Positions 50,867 through 62,700 of a stretch of 64,000 nucleotides of DNA are shown here, in pieces. The notes under the pieces were generated by a model, which was not told the DNA's origin, made no database searches, and saw only the letters and a list, made by a program, of their open reading frames with translations. The position numbers and the translations under genes were made by a program. This stretch comes from Polyangia bacterium (GTDB lineage: Bacteria; Myxococcota_A; Polyangia; JAAYKL01), in the NCBI GenBank assembly GCA_050287845.1, contig JBNKCR010000017.1, positions 32,001 to 96,000 of the forward strand, read 5' to 3'. Numbering within the stretch: the first letter of the stretch is position 1; every line of letters starts with the position of its first letter.

Positions 50867-52111
50867 TTATTCGATGTCGTCCTGCGTTGCGGGAGAAGGG
50901 GTTGATGCGGAATCAGCAGGTTCAAGGGTGGCAGTGTCAGCTGCGACTTTTTCTGCTTGCCACTTTTTCCGGGCGGCGTTCACCGCATCGGCACAGTCGC
51001 ATTCTTCCTCGGTCTGTTTGGGCGGCGGATTGCCAATGAGGTCAAACCCGACGGAAATCAGCAGGTTGTTCTGAATCTGAAAATCATCAATCACCAGAGG
51101 CTGTTTCAATGCCTTGAACGAATAATTGATACTCAGATATTCTGATACGTTTACGCCCAGCGCGGCTTCAAACTCCATATTCATCAGTTCGATGCCCTTC
51201 AGTTTCTCGGTATCGGGAGTGTGATAGAACGGATGCATGAACAGGGCGCTGACCATGTAGGTCAGCAAATCATTGTGCAGCATTCCATTGGCTACAACAC
51301 CCAGCTCCACACCGATTTGCCGGCTGTCCTGCAACTTGCGCAGTTCAAGAAATGGTGTGTCGTCGTTGTCATCCAGATAGTAGCCGCCCCGGGTGAAGGT
51401 CTCCCAGGCGCCAATGCCCAGCCGGGTGTCCAGGTTGAATGCGGTCTCTGAAATCGGCTTGGCAAACAACCCCAGGGTTTCCCGCAAGGTAAGTGGCGCA
51501 AAGGCATCGGTCAGGCTGATTCTGGCACCCGCACTTCGACGACCATAGGGTAGTGGGGTTCCATTTTCGTCAACCGGTAGCCCGTTGGCGTTGGCGCTGA
51601 CCGAAACATCTGAATTGAGACGCACGAATAACACCGGCTCGGACCGCACTTCTTCTGCGGGGAGCAGTGCGGTGTTCACTCGAAAGCTGAAAAAGGATCC
51701 CACCCATTTTATCCGCGGAAAATGATAAAGATACGCGGTTTTTAATTCCAGGCTATCCATGCTCTTAATCCACACATCCACCACGGGCGTTCTGCTGTAC
51801 CCCAGATTGAAAATCAGCGCATTGGTCCACTCGTGATATTCGTTTCTGCTGAGATAATCCGCAGTGGCATGCAGAAGAGAACCGACCTGCAGGCTGACGC
51901 CGTCGGTGTTACCCGGTACATTGGCGGATTGACCCAGCGAAAAGGTGCCATTGAATTTTAACCGGGGATGCCATCCGACCCGTTCGTAATCGACGATGTT
52001 ATCTGCTATTTCGGGAATCAGCTGCGCTTCAATATCCTGGGCCGCGACATTGATCGCAACCAGCTGAATCGCCGTTAGAAGTGCCCAGCATGACATGAGC
52101 ATCCGTGTCAT
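50867..52111 (-). CDS. Putative exported / outer-membrane beta-barrel protein
   Basis: Signal peptide (AINVAAQ), alternating beta-strand pattern, QIQNNLLISVGF. Confidence 0.6.
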   Translation of the reverse strand: MTRMLMSCWALLTAIQLVAINVAAQDIEAQLIPEIADNIVDYERVGWHPRLKFNGTFSLGQSANVPGNTDGVSLQVGSLLHATADYLSRNEYHEWTNALIFNLGYSRTPVVDVWIKSMDSLELKTAYLYHFPRIKWVGSFFSFRVNTALLPAEEVRSEPVLFVRLNSDVSVSANANGLPVDENGTPLPYGRRSAGARISLTDAFAPLTLRETLGLFAKPISETAFNLDTRLGIGAWETFTRGGYYLDDNDDTPFLELRKLQDSRQIGVELGVVANGMLHNDLLTYMVSALFMHPFYHTPDTEKLKGIELMNMEFEAALGVNVSEYLSINYSFKALKQPLVIDDFQIQNNLLISVGFDLIGNPPPKQTEEECDCADAVNAARKKWQAEKVAADTATLEPADSASTPSPATQDDIE

Positions 52112-52224
52112 TGAAATCTTTTCCTTTCCGCAGTTCAAACGGGTTGCCGGCTGCATGCGGAGCAATTTGCTCCTGCATAAAAAAAGTTGAATACGGCAGT
52201 ATTTTAAGTCCAGCCAGACAGATG

Positions 52225-53865
52225 TCAACGCGGGGCGCCGGAGAGTTTGATGCATGCCGCCTTTTCGCGCTCTGATAGCCTCTCGCGATTCTGTTCCTGG
52301 TGAATGGCGCTGAGCATGCAGTGCACGTCGGGATGAAACGGGTTCAGGGCAATGGCGCGTTTGAGTTCATCATCCGCCTCATTGAATTGGCCTATTTTCA
52401 TATGCGCTTCACCCGCCTGCAGAAAAGTGGTGGAATGGTTGGGATACAGGGTTTTCATGGATTCCAGCAGTCGCAGTGCGCCGTCAGCATTGTTCTGCGC
52501 CAGCAGCACCCGCACCAGTCGGTCGACAATATCCGGGGTCATGGTTTCGTTTTTGGTGAGGGCCCATTCGTACTCCCGTTGCGCCGCGGGGACATGCCCG
52601 CGAATCTGAAGCAAATCACCAATGCGGATATGCCGCCGGACTTCCCGATCCAGGGCGGGGTCAATATTGGCCACCCGGGTACCGGGCATGGTCCTGAATC
52701 GACGTTCCAGCAGCGGCACCAGCGCCGCGGGGGTATTGCGGGCGCCTTCGAGACTGTGCTGCCACCATTGAAACAGTTTGGTGATGTTGAATGAAGTGGT
52801 GGTTTCCAGAGCAATGTCCAGGGATTTCTCCGCCGTCGTTTTGAGCAGGGTTTCCAGTGACTGGCCGTCTTTGAACTGAGCGGTGATAAATCGGATGAAA
52901 CTCAATCCCTGGGCATATGCCAGCGCGGCATCCTCCTGGTTGGGAAGATATGATACCGACGGATGAAACCGCCGCAGTGGTATCAATCGTCGCTGTTTGG
53001 CCGCCTGATCCAGCAGATATGCCAGTACCGGTGTGAGCTCGCTGCGGGCCACACCCCGCCACTGGGCCTCCAGCAATTTTGCTATTCCTTCATGGAGCCA
53101 GATGGGCGCCCTGTTCTGAGTAACGCGGGTAATGGCAATATGCGTCAATTCATGGGCCAGGGTATCGAGCCATGGATATCCGCCCACAATAAGCGACGGG
53201 CTCAGAATCATGATGCGGTTATACTTGGAAATGGCCACAGTACCGGTGGCTTCAATCTGTTCTGTGGACAAACCACACAGTTCCGACAGCATTGCGACAC
53301 TGGGGAGGATGTACACGCGAATGCCGGTGGGGTAATCGCCCAGCGTTTCGGTGAGTTTCGCCACCTGGGAAAGCAGGGTCTCCAGCGCATAGGGAATGAG
53401 AATGGAGTCATTGCCGTTTTCGTAGTAAAAGGTGAATCCGTTCCGGGGGGATGATTTCCGAAGATTTCGCGTATGTCTGCGGGACACCTTCACCTGGTCT
53501 CGAAGATATTTCCAATCGAGCTCGGTCCGCATTTTTTCAATGGCGTCTTTCAGGAGTTCATCCGCATGCTTGTAGTCGCCACCGTAAAACGCGAGTTTTC
53601 CCTGAAGGTATTTTCCCTTTGCCGAGTCCCGGGTTCTGGACGTCAGCTCGGACAGTTTCTGCTTTGCGCTTTCCAGTTGATAACTGTCGATATATTTTTC
53701 GATGACCTTCAGGTCCCACTGGGAATCCGCCCGGGATACGGTGCCGTGCACCATGCCGATAAAAAATATCAGTACCGTCATGAACCACAAACCGGTCACG
53801 GAACCATGTCCGGCAGCGGAAGAATGCGGTTTTATACAGCCGCGTTTATCGAACCAGCGTTTCAT
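52225..53865 (-). CDS. TPR-containing peptidase MA-like metalloprotease
   Basis: LAHELTH..PIWLHEG gluzincin pattern, AYAQG, TPRs at both ends. Confidence 0.8.
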   Translation of the reverse strand: MKRWFDKRGCIKPHSSAAGHGSVTGLWFMTVLIFFIGMVHGTVSRADSQWDLKVIEKYIDSYQLESAKQKLSELTSRTRDSAKGKYLQGKLAFYGGDYKHADELLKDAIEKMRTELDWKYLRDQVKVSRRHTRNLRKSSPRNGFTFYYENGNDSILIPYALETLLSQVAKLTETLGDYPTGIRVYILPSVAMLSELCGLSTEQIEATGTVAISKYNRIMILSPSLIVGGYPWLDTLAHELTHIAITRVTQNRAPIWLHEGIAKLLEAQWRGVARSELTPVLAYLLDQAAKQRRLIPLRRFHPSVSYLPNQEDAALAYAQGLSFIRFITAQFKDGQSLETLLKTTAEKSLDIALETTTSFNITKLFQWWQHSLEGARNTPAALVPLLERRFRTMPGTRVANIDPALDREVRRHIRIGDLLQIRGHVPAAQREYEWALTKNETMTPDIVDRLVRVLLAQNNADGALRLLESMKTLYPNHSTTFLQAGEAHMKIGQFNEADDELKRAIALNPFHPDVHCMLSAIHQEQNRERLSEREKAACIKLSGAPR

Positions 53866-56809
53866 AATATTTCCTGATGGCCTCCCGGTAATGCTCCGGG
53901 AGTTGCGCCTTCATAGCGTTCATGATGTCTTCCCGATGTTTTTTAGGCACCTGGTACTCCGTAGGACCGGGGATGAATACCTCCCGGGGTTCGCTGGCCA
54001 CCACTGTTTCAACCAGAACGGTGTTGCCGGACTTCTTCAGATTCTGCCGCAGGGTGGTCAGCTCTTCCAGTGCCATGGTTTGCCGCTTTGCTGCGTCGTG
54101 AAGGTCTCTGCGTTCAAGGGCCGCGGTCCCGTCCCGCATGTATCGGCCCACCACCTTTAACGTCTGCAGCGTTTGAGAGCTGATAAACTGCAAATCGTTT
54201 TTCTGTTCCTTGACCCAGGTGGACAATTTCCGGGCCTCCGCTGTCAATCGTCGCTGACTGGCGGCGAAGGTTCGGATGGTTCGCTTGTCGTGCTCATTGA
54301 AAATGCGATTGGGATTGGGAAAAGCCTCTTCGATGGACTCGATGATTTGCGACGAAAGCTTTTCAATGGCATGCAACTGATTGAACATCCGATCGGAGAT
54401 GGAACCGCTTTTGGCAATCTGAATCCGGGTTCTGATTTCGTCCGCCATTTCCATGGTGCGGTCCAAATCACCCTGTTTCAGCACATCGTGCATGCGTCGA
54501 TTCAAATCCCGAAGGGAGATGACCGTGGTGCCGGTTTCCGATTTGCGGGGGGGTTTGATGCTGTAGATGACGTTGCTCATGCGTTTGACCAGACGCAGTT
54601 GGGACTTCACCAGATCATCAATTTCCTCGCTCATCATATCGAGCACTTTTTCTTTGTATCGCCGTTGCAGGCCAACGGTTTTGCGCCGCAGATTCAATTG
54701 CGATGCCTCGGTTCGGGTCAACCGATCGAGCAGGGACTCCACAAATTTATTGTGTTTGCCGAATCGCTCGTTCTTGAATGCGAGGTGTCCGCCTTCCAGA
54801 TTGGCCATCAGTTGAGAGACCGTGCGTTCCAGTGCGGCCGCCTCCTTGAGTGCATCGCTCACGTTACCGGCACTCAGGGCCTGCTCGATGGCCCTGAAAT
54901 ATCGATCGAGATTCACTGCTTTTTCCAGGGCATGAGAAACCGAGGCGGAACTCACCTGACCGCGCACCCGACCCATTTTATCGGCCAGATACCGAGCCGT
55001 CCGTTGCATTCGCCGAATGGCTTCGAGGATACTGCGGCGGGAGCGTTCAGACCGCTGGCGATCGTAAAGCTGCAACAGATCAAAGAGATCTTTGCGTTGC
55101 TGTTCCAGCAATTTGCCGCTTTCGTTCATGTTGTAGAACTGCAAATCCAGAATGAGGTCGTCCACCTGAGCAATGGATTTTTCGAGCAGTCTCACAGTCA
55201 CCGTATCCACCCCCAGTCGTTTTTTATGGGGGGGAAGGGGCAGTTCGTACAACCGGGATTCGAACAGAAGCTGGTTGGTCAGGTCTTCGCGAATCTGCTT
55301 CCAGGTATCCCGGAGCATGGGCGCCACCCGATGTTCTTCATCGAATCGGCGAAGCAGCCGGACAATCCCGGTCGTCACATCTTCGGTGGCCCCTCGCAGT
55401 TTTAAGAACCGTTCGCGAATTTCATTGTTTTTATCTTTCCCGGTGGGAATGGGGGTGGTGAGTCGAATGGCCAGCAAATCCACCATGGCGTCGAGAATCT
55501 GTCCCTGGCGCACGATGAGTTCCTGCTGCCTGGATTTCGGCGTCATGATTTTTACGGAGACCGCATTGGAGTTGCTGAATTTAGGGCCTCCGATGGTGTC
55601 GTCATCGTAGGCGCGTACCAGCAGTTCCACTTCCTGCACATCTTCCAGTTTCACGCTGGTGACATTCCAGCGATAATCGCTTCGCAGGTGGGTGACGTTG
55701 GGGGCCGCATGGGCGATGGTTTTTTCAACATTGACATCCCGCTCGCTGCGCACCAGCAAATCCACATGGCCGATGCCGTGGTCATCGTGGGCTTCAAATT
55801 CAATGTGTACACTGCCATCGGCGTCCACTTCGAGGGCTTTGGCCGGGCGAAGCAGTCGGATGGTGGGACGTCGGTCGGTTTCCATGTGAATACTGCGGCG
55901 CGGCCCGCGAATCATCTGCCATTCATTTCCCAGGGAAAGTGAAAACCATTCCAAATCGTCCACCACGAATTTTCCGGCGACCCGGCCATCCGGGAGAAAT
56001 CCAAGATTCACGTGGGTACCGTTGGACAGATCGATGGTGCCGGTGATGGCGTCGGCTTCAATCGGAGCGGCTTCCAGAATGACGGTGGTGCCCACCGGGG
56101 CTTCCAGACCCCCGGAAAACGCCTTGAGCACCCGGTCTTTTTTCCCCAGGTACTCGGGATAACGGAGTCTGAGGGTCAAATCCCTGACCACCGGATTCAG
56201 TCGTTCCTGAATCACGGTGGATTCGGGCAGTTCCTGATCGGTGATCAGATTGTTCAGTCCGGCCACAATGACCGCCTCGTGGGTGGCGGTGAAAAAGAAC
56301 GTGGACAGAGTGGCCAGGGCGAAGAGAATGAGAGGGGCCAGCAACCTGCGAAATGGCAACACCACCCAGGGCGGAATGCGCTCCAGCAGTTGAAAGGTCA
56401 GCGCGAGATGACTCTGCAGCAGAAAGGGTGAAAAGGGAATGCGGGCGCCCGGCGCGATGAACTGGTCCGCACTGACGATGGCCGAACGGTCGTCGGGAGA
56501 CACGTTGCCGATAAGTCGGGCAATGGCCGACGGTTGCGCCAGTGCCTGAAGGGGTGCGAACAGGGTGAGGATGAGAATCGAAGTGACCACCAGCATCCAG
56601 ATCACGAATCCGGTGATACGGATATCGTTGCCGCCCCACCACCCCAGGGCGAACAGCAGCGACGTGGTGAGGACCGGAATGGTGATGCCCACCCATAGCA
56701 GCGCGCTCGACCACACATGAATGCGGGCGCGTTTCCGGTAGGTTTCAAAGGCCTTTGAAATCCGTTCGATTTGTTGGTCCAGGGTGAGTTGTTCTTCCAT
56801 GTGGTTCAT
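53846..56809 (-). CDS. DUF4175-like membrane-anchored coiled-coil protein
   Basis: N-terminal TM helices, YPEY, D..PTI, DDHGI, long coiled coil, C-terminal YREAIRKYYETL. Confidence 0.75.
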   Translation of the reverse strand: MNHMEEQLTLDQQIERISKAFETYRKRARIHVWSSALLWVGITIPVLTTSLLFALGWWGGNDIRITGFVIWMLVVTSILILTLFAPLQALAQPSAIARLIGNVSPDDRSAIVSADQFIAPGARIPFSPFLLQSHLALTFQLLERIPPWVVLPFRRLLAPLILFALATLSTFFFTATHEAVIVAGLNNLITDQELPESTVIQERLNPVVRDLTLRLRYPEYLGKKDRVLKAFSGGLEAPVGTTVILEAAPIEADAITGTIDLSNGTHVNLGFLPDGRVAGKFVVDDLEWFSLSLGNEWQMIRGPRRSIHMETDRRPTIRLLRPAKALEVDADGSVHIEFEAHDDHGIGHVDLLVRSERDVNVEKTIAHAAPNVTHLRSDYRWNVTSVKLEDVQEVELLVRAYDDDTIGGPKFSNSNAVSVKIMTPKSRQQELIVRQGQILDAMVDLLAIRLTTPIPTGKDKNNEIRERFLKLRGATEDVTTGIVRLLRRFDEEHRVAPMLRDTWKQIREDLTNQLLFESRLYELPLPPHKKRLGVDTVTVRLLEKSIAQVDDLILDLQFYNMNESGKLLEQQRKDLFDLLQLYDRQRSERSRRSILEAIRRMQRTARYLADKMGRVRGQVSSASVSHALEKAVNLDRYFRAIEQALSAGNVSDALKEAAALERTVSQLMANLEGGHLAFKNERFGKHNKFVESLLDRLTRTEASQLNLRRKTVGLQRRYKEKVLDMMSEEIDDLVKSQLRLVKRMSNVIYSIKPPRKSETGTTVISLRDLNRRMHDVLKQGDLDRTMEMADEIRTRIQIAKSGSISDRMFNQLHAIEKLSSQIIESIEEAFPNPNRIFNEHDKRTIRTFAASQRRLTAEARKLSTWVKEQKNDLQFISSQTLQTLKVVGRYMRDGTAALERRDLHDAAKRQTMALEELTTLRQNLKKSGNTVLVETVVASEPREVFIPGPTEYQVPKKHREDIMNAMKAQLPEHYREAIRKYYETLVR

Positions 56810-56914
56810 GTGTTTTACAGGGGACCTGAAAATCGTCCCGGGTCCCCCATGCGCCCGCTCTCAGAGTTTGCAATTGTCCGTTTCTCTGTGTATGGATAGT
56901 ACAAAAAGATAACA

Positions 56915-58471
56915 ATGACAATTACAGGACTCACTTCAGAACAGACGCGCAGTAACCGCATTCTGGCCATTCGCGGAAGCCGGGGTGGGGTTGGTGCGAG
57001 CATGATTGCCACCAATCTGGGGATTTTTCTGGCCCAGATTGGCAAACGGGTGCTGCTGGTGGATGCGGATTTGTGCGATGGCGCCATGCACAACTGGTTC
57101 AGCCATCTGGAAACCGAACGATTCATCACCCAGGTGCTGACCGATCAGATGCCCATTGAAAAAGCTGCCACCGCCACCGACATCACCGGATTGTATCTGC
57201 TGGCCGGGGGACGGCAGATGCAGGGCAGCGATTCTCCCTCCGCCGAACAGACCGACCTGCTGTGGCACCAGATTGAGCGGGCGCCGGTAGATTTGGTTGT
57301 CATTGATTTACCCAGTAATTTCAGCATATTCACCCACACGCTCTTCGCCCGCTCCGATATTTCGGTGGCGGTGACCGTGCCCCTTCCCGATGCGGTGTCG
57401 TCCACCTACCGGTTCCTGAATGCCAATTGGTTTCATCAGTTGATGCACATTGCCGGCGAATCCAGCGAAGGCGTGTCGATGCTGATTTCGGATGCCATGG
57501 CGCCCCACCGTCACCCGGTCACCCCCCGGCAGTTCACCGAGGAACTGCAGTTTCTCGACGAGAGCGCATACGAAGCGGCATGCCGGCTGAGCACCCGGTT
57601 TCATCCCCAGCTCATCGTGAACCAGATTAAAATAAGGGAAGATGATGACCTGGGCAATTCCATGGTTTCCGCCGCCGCAAGATGGTGTGGTATCAACGCC
57701 GGTGTCCTGGGCGCCATTGGCTGGGACGACAATGTGTGGCTGGCTCAGCGCCGCAGTCGGGTGCTGCTCACCGAATTTGCCCGCAGCCAGGTCTGTAAGG
57801 ATTTGGAGCAGGTGGTTCGTCGAATCATGGGCTTTGGTCTCACTGAGCTTTCCCGGCCGGTGGCGGTGCCTCCCCCCACGGAGTCCCAGAATCTTTACCA
57901 GTTGCTCGAAATTTATCCCGGCGCTTCCGAAGAGGAAATCCGGCGGGCGTACAAGCAGATTCGGCGGTGGTTCGGCATGGAAAGTCTGGCCATTCGCGGC
58001 GCTGCCAGCGAAAAGGCGCGCCGGGCATTCGAGATGAAAGCCGAAAAGGCCCATGCCAGTCTCCTCGACCGTTCTCTGCGCCGGAAATACGACCGGAATC
58101 ATTTTCCGGAGGGCATGGTGGCAGAGGTGGATGAAGATATTGGCCAGAGGGACAGCATTGCCGGTACCGTTGCGGCCACCCGGGAGTCCCTGCCCGAGGT
58201 CCGGATACACGATGATGATGTGGTGGATGGTCGATTTCTCGCCGCCCTTCGCCGGAAGCGGGGGGTTGAACTGGCGGATATTTCCAATCGGGCCAAGGTA
58301 TCGTCGAGATATCTGTCCGCCATCGAAGAGGAACGGTTCGACGATTTGCCGGCGGCCGTTTTTACCCGCGGCTTTGTCATGGAGTTCGCGCGGTTTCTCA
58401 AAGTCGACCCCCGGCGTGCCGCCAGTGATTTCATGAAAAAATTTTCCACCTGGGAAAACCGGAAACATTAG
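56915..58471 (+). CDS. MinD/FlhG-like P-loop domain fused to J-like domain and RodZ-type HTH
   Basis: GSRGGVGAS, LVDAD, VIDLP; NLYQLLEIYPGASEEEIRRAY..RRKYD; LRRKRGVELADIS..YLSAIEEE..FTRGF. Confidence 0.8.
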   Translation: MTITGLTSEQTRSNRILAIRGSRGGVGASMIATNLGIFLAQIGKRVLLVDADLCDGAMHNWFSHLETERFITQVLTDQMPIEKAATATDITGLYLLAGGRQMQGSDSPSAEQTDLLWHQIERAPVDLVVIDLPSNFSIFTHTLFARSDISVAVTVPLPDAVSSTYRFLNANWFHQLMHIAGESSEGVSMLISDAMAPHRHPVTPRQFTEELQFLDESAYEAACRLSTRFHPQLIVNQIKIREDDDLGNSMVSAAARWCGINAGVLGAIGWDDNVWLAQRRSRVLLTEFARSQVCKDLEQVVRRIMGFGLTELSRPVAVPPPTESQNLYQLLEIYPGASEEEIRRAYKQIRRWFGMESLAIRGAASEKARRAFEMKAEKAHASLLDRSLRRKYDRNHFPEGMVAEVDEDIGQRDSIAGTVAATRESLPEVRIHDDDVVDGRFLAALRRKRGVELADISNRAKVSSRYLSAIEEERFDDLPAAVFTRGFVMEFARFLKVDPRRAASDFMKKFSTWENRKH

Positions 58472-58517
58472 GAAATTGAGGGGACTCGTCGGGGAAGTGA
58501 GTCGCCGGCAGCCGGGG

Positions 58518-59384
58518 TTATCGGGTCCGGCGGCGATCGATGTTGATTCCGGCATTCACAATCACCACAAATTCGTGTTTCCGGTAGGTCTCTTCCAGAT
58601 TGAAACCGGTAATCAGCATAAAATGGGGAACCACCTTCTTTTTCGTGTCGAAAGGCTCGGCATAGATGTCAACGCCCACCCGCTGACGCCGGAAGTGGGT
58701 GCTGGGCTGCCATGTGAGGGAATAGGACGGTCCGGCAAACAGCATTCTCGACTCATGGCGAACCAGTATGTCGTACATGATGCTGATGCGCTCCCCGAAG
58801 ACAAAATCGTTGGGCTCTGACAATGACTCAATATCCCAGTTATACCAATAGGGGGCTTCGGAGTTGGCGCCGTACAGCATCAGTTGGTTTTCATTGCGCA
58901 GCAGCACGCCGTGGTACAGGGCCTGGAGCACCGGAGAGATGACCATCCGATGGGCAGTACCGAACTTTCCGAGTGAAGACCGGGATATATCGTCCTCGTC
59001 ATGGGGCGCGTCGACCGTATCAAATTCCGTCAGGGCGCCGAACGCACCGTGAAAGATGAAATAATCGTACATTACCTTCAGTTTGAACAGCGCAACGGGC
59101 ATCCACTCTCCGTGTACCCCGATACTGGTCGCCGCCGGATTCACCGTGAGATGCGGGCCGCCTTCCACATGGGACCAGACCATGTTCATTTTTTCCCGGA
59201 GGGGAAGGTTGTAGCTGGCTTCAAATGCACCGAGTGCCGCGAAGCTGTTGTACTGCACGTACAAATCGGTCTGAACGTACCAGCCGGGCCGGAGCAAATC
59301 TGTGGCGCTCCTGTCTTTTTCGTTTCCGTGGGCAACAGCACAAATCAACGTAAACAACACAATGGTCGGAAAATGGCGCTTCAT
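58518..59384 (-). CDS. Hypothetical exported beta-rich protein
   Basis: Signal peptide MKRHFPTIVLFTLICAVAHG and aromatic beta-strand pattern. Confidence 0.6.
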   Translation of the reverse strand: MKRHFPTIVLFTLICAVAHGNEKDRSATDLLRPGWYVQTDLYVQYNSFAALGAFEASYNLPLREKMNMVWSHVEGGPHLTVNPAATSIGVHGEWMPVALFKLKVMYDYFIFHGAFGALTEFDTVDAPHDEDDISRSSLGKFGTAHRMVISPVLQALYHGVLLRNENQLMLYGANSEAPYWYNWDIESLSEPNDFVFGERISIMYDILVRHESRMLFAGPSYSLTWQPSTHFRRQRVGVDIYAEPFDTKKKVVPHFMLITGFNLEETYRKHEFVVIVNAGINIDRRRTR

Positions 59385-59774
59385 GGGTCGTCTCCGGAAA
59401 ATCCGCTGATACAGCGAGCGGATCAAAAGGATGATTATTAAATGAAACGTACCATTTTTTCTGGCGGGATGCACTCTCAAATCAGGAAGGAAGATATCGA
59501 CTTCAGCGGGGGTGGCTGTCCGGGAACGAACTATCCGGATGAAACTATCGCCATGCCGTTTATCCGGAGTGAATCCGGATTGGGGCGGGGATTGTTTATT
59601 CGCTCTCAGATTATATATCAAGAGCAATGCGATGTTTCTACTGATGAGGCAGTTTTCCTTGCTATTGCTGGACGAAATTGCTCTATACAATTTTGGGTTT
59701 CGTGAGTATAAAAGTTATTCACAGGTATAAAAAGATCCGGAAAATCCGGTTTGCAGGAGTTGAACAGGAAACAT

Positions 59775-62700
59775 ATGCAGCGTGACTTGATTGGTATCGA
59801 TATTGGGTCCACCAGCGTGAAAATTGTGCGTTTGCAGGGCAGCATATCTATGGCACAGCATGCGGTGATGGCCCATGATGGCAACGTGCCGCACACCGTG
59901 AATGTATGCCTCGAAAAGCTGGGGGTGACGGATACGTGCAGGCCTTTGGCCCTGGTCACTGGCACCGAGGGCCGATTTCGACTGAATCTGCCGGAAGTGA
60001 TTGCCCCATCCGCCATCGAGTATGCGCTGACGGGACTCAACCTGAATGCCAATGCGCTGGTGTGTATGGGCGGCGAAGACCTGGTAGTGTATGTGCTGAA
60101 CGACGCCGGTCAGATCACTTCCACGTTTTCGGGGAACAAATGCGCCAGTGGCACCGGGGAGTTTTTCAGACAGCAGCTCGGTCGCATGAATCTGGCAACC
60201 GATGATATTGAAACCGTTGCCCGGGATGCCACCCTGCAGAAGCTGTCGTCCAGGTGTTCGGTGTTCATGAAGTCTGACTGCACCCACAAGCTCAACAAGG
60301 GCGAAGCCACGCCGGGCGATATCGCTTTGTCCCTGAGTAAAATCATGGCCGACAAGGTGAGCGATTTTCTCACCAAGACACGCATTGAAAGCGGCACGGT
60401 CGTCCTCACCGGCGGCGTGACACAGAATCCGTTTATCCGGAAATATGTGGTGGAAGCCTGGCCGAACCTGAATATCGAAGTGCCGGCGGAAAGCCCGTAC
60501 TTCGAAGCCCTGGGCGCTGCGCTGTTGGCCGAGGAATTCGGGGCTCCATTGCCCCCGGCGCAAGATCGGTTCACCAACAAGGAGATTCTTTCCTACGATA
60601 CGTATCCCTCTATTCGCAGTTACGCTGATAAAGTGCGATACATGCCGTCCATGCGCGGGGTGTACGATCCCGATGCGGAATATATTCTGGGCGTGGATGG
60701 GGGGTCCACCACCACCAAGGTGGCGCTGGTGAACGCGCGTACGAATGAAATTGTTGCAGCGCATTACGGAAGGACCCACGGCAATCCGGTGCAGACCACC
60801 CGGGTGTGTATTGAAGAAGTGAAAAAGCAGATAGGACTCGATGCCAATCCCCGGATTTCCCTGGTGAGCACCACCGGGTCGTCCCGGGAACTGCTGGGGG
60901 TTTTTCTGGGCACCGGTGCGGTGTTTAACGAGATTGTCGCCCACACCACCGGAACTACTTTTTTTGATAAAGAAGTGGACACCATTTTTGAAATTGGCGG
61001 ACAGGACGCCAAGTATGTGTCCATCAATAACAACGTACCCATCGATTACGCCATGAATGAAGCGTGCTCCGCCGGAACCGGATCTTTTCTGGAGGAGTCC
61101 TGCAAGGGCGACCTGAATATCAATGAGGCCAGCGAGATTGGTCCCATCGCCATGAATGCGGAAGCGCCGCTCAAGTTCGGCGAGCATTGTTCCGCCTTTA
61201 TCAATTCCGATATCCGCAAATCCATTCAGCAGGGCGCCCGACGGGAAAATATTGTGGCGGGGCTTATTTTTTCCATAGTGTCCAATTATCTCAACCGGGT
61301 GTCCGGAAATCGCCGCGTGGGCAATCACGTGATGCTTCAGGGCGGGGTGGCCAAGAATCCGGCAGTCCCCCTGGCGTTCGCGCAACTGACGGGCAAAGAT
61401 ATTGTGGTGCCGCCTGATCCGGAGCTGATGGGCTGTTTCGGCGTGGCGTTGCTGGCAGCGCGGAAGGCAGATGAGGGATTCATTGAAAAGGGAGATTTCA
61501 CCCTGGATGGGTTGCTCCACAACGAAATTCTGACCCGGGGTTCCTTTGTGTGTAAGAGTTGCGACAACTATTGCACCATTCGTCGCCTTGAGGTGAATGG
61601 GACCAAATATCCCTTTGGCGGGCGCTGTTCCAAATTCACCAACATGCGCCGGAAAAAGAAGGACAGCGATGAAGCGGTCAATTACGTGGCCGTACGGACC
61701 CGGATGCTGTTTGAGCAGTTCGCCCCGCCTCCAGATGTCCACAAAGATGCCCCTGTTTCGGTGGGGGTTCCCATGGCGTTCTCGGTGCACTCCCTGTGGC
61801 CGCTGTATTCATGGTTCTTTCACGAATTGGGGGTGAACCTTATCCAGTCCACCCGAATTCTCGCAGATGGCATTGCCCGTATTGAGAGCAACTATTGCTT
61901 TCCTTCGGAAATCGCCCACGGCGCCCTGGCGGACGTGCTGGAGAAAGACCCCGATTTCCTGTTCATGCCGTTTTTCCTGAAGATGCCGTCCATGGAGGAG
62001 GGAGACGTTCACGCGACGGTGTGCCCCCTCACCCAGGGAATGCCCTTCTTTCTGAAGCAGGCGTTCGAGTTGTCGGAGGACCGAATTCTGCGGCCGGCAG
62101 TGGACATGAAGAATCACCTGCGCGATTCCGGACGGGAATTCGAGCAGATTGCCATGCGGATGGGATTCACCCGGGAGCAGGGCGCAGCGGCATACGAAAA
62201 AGGGGTACAGCAATACGAAGCGTATCTCACCGAATATCGCGCGCTGGGCAAGCGGGTCCTCGAAGAGGTGGCGGCTCATCCGGAAAACAAATACATCTGT
62301 CTTCTGGGTCGACCGTACAACGCATTCACCCGGGATGCCAATATGGGTATTCCGCGGAAAATTCTTTCAAACGGAGTCAGCGTGATTCCCTTTGACATGA
62401 TTTATGAACCGGACGCGAAGATTTTTCCCAACATGTACTGGTATTACGGCCAGCAGGACATGAAGGCGGTCCGAAAGACGGCGGAGGTGCCCAATCTGTA
62501 TCCGGTGTGGATTTCCAATTTTTCGTGCGCCCCGGATTCGTTCATGCTCCATTATCTGCGCTGGATGATGGGACAGAAGCCCTACCTGGTGCTGGAAATC
62601 GATTCCCACTCTGCGGACGCGGGGGTCGATACCCGCATTGAGGCGTTTCTGGACATCATTGACAGTTTCCGGAAAGGCGGCTTTGAAGCCAATGTGAAAC

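Noticed and set aside
59715..61790. 691-aa minus-strand ORF, and similar long antisense ORFs at 28645-29682, 37281-38255, 54173-55405 and 57308-58555
   Set aside because: Each lies opposite a well-supported gene and lacks domain motifs, so they are antisense shadow frames.
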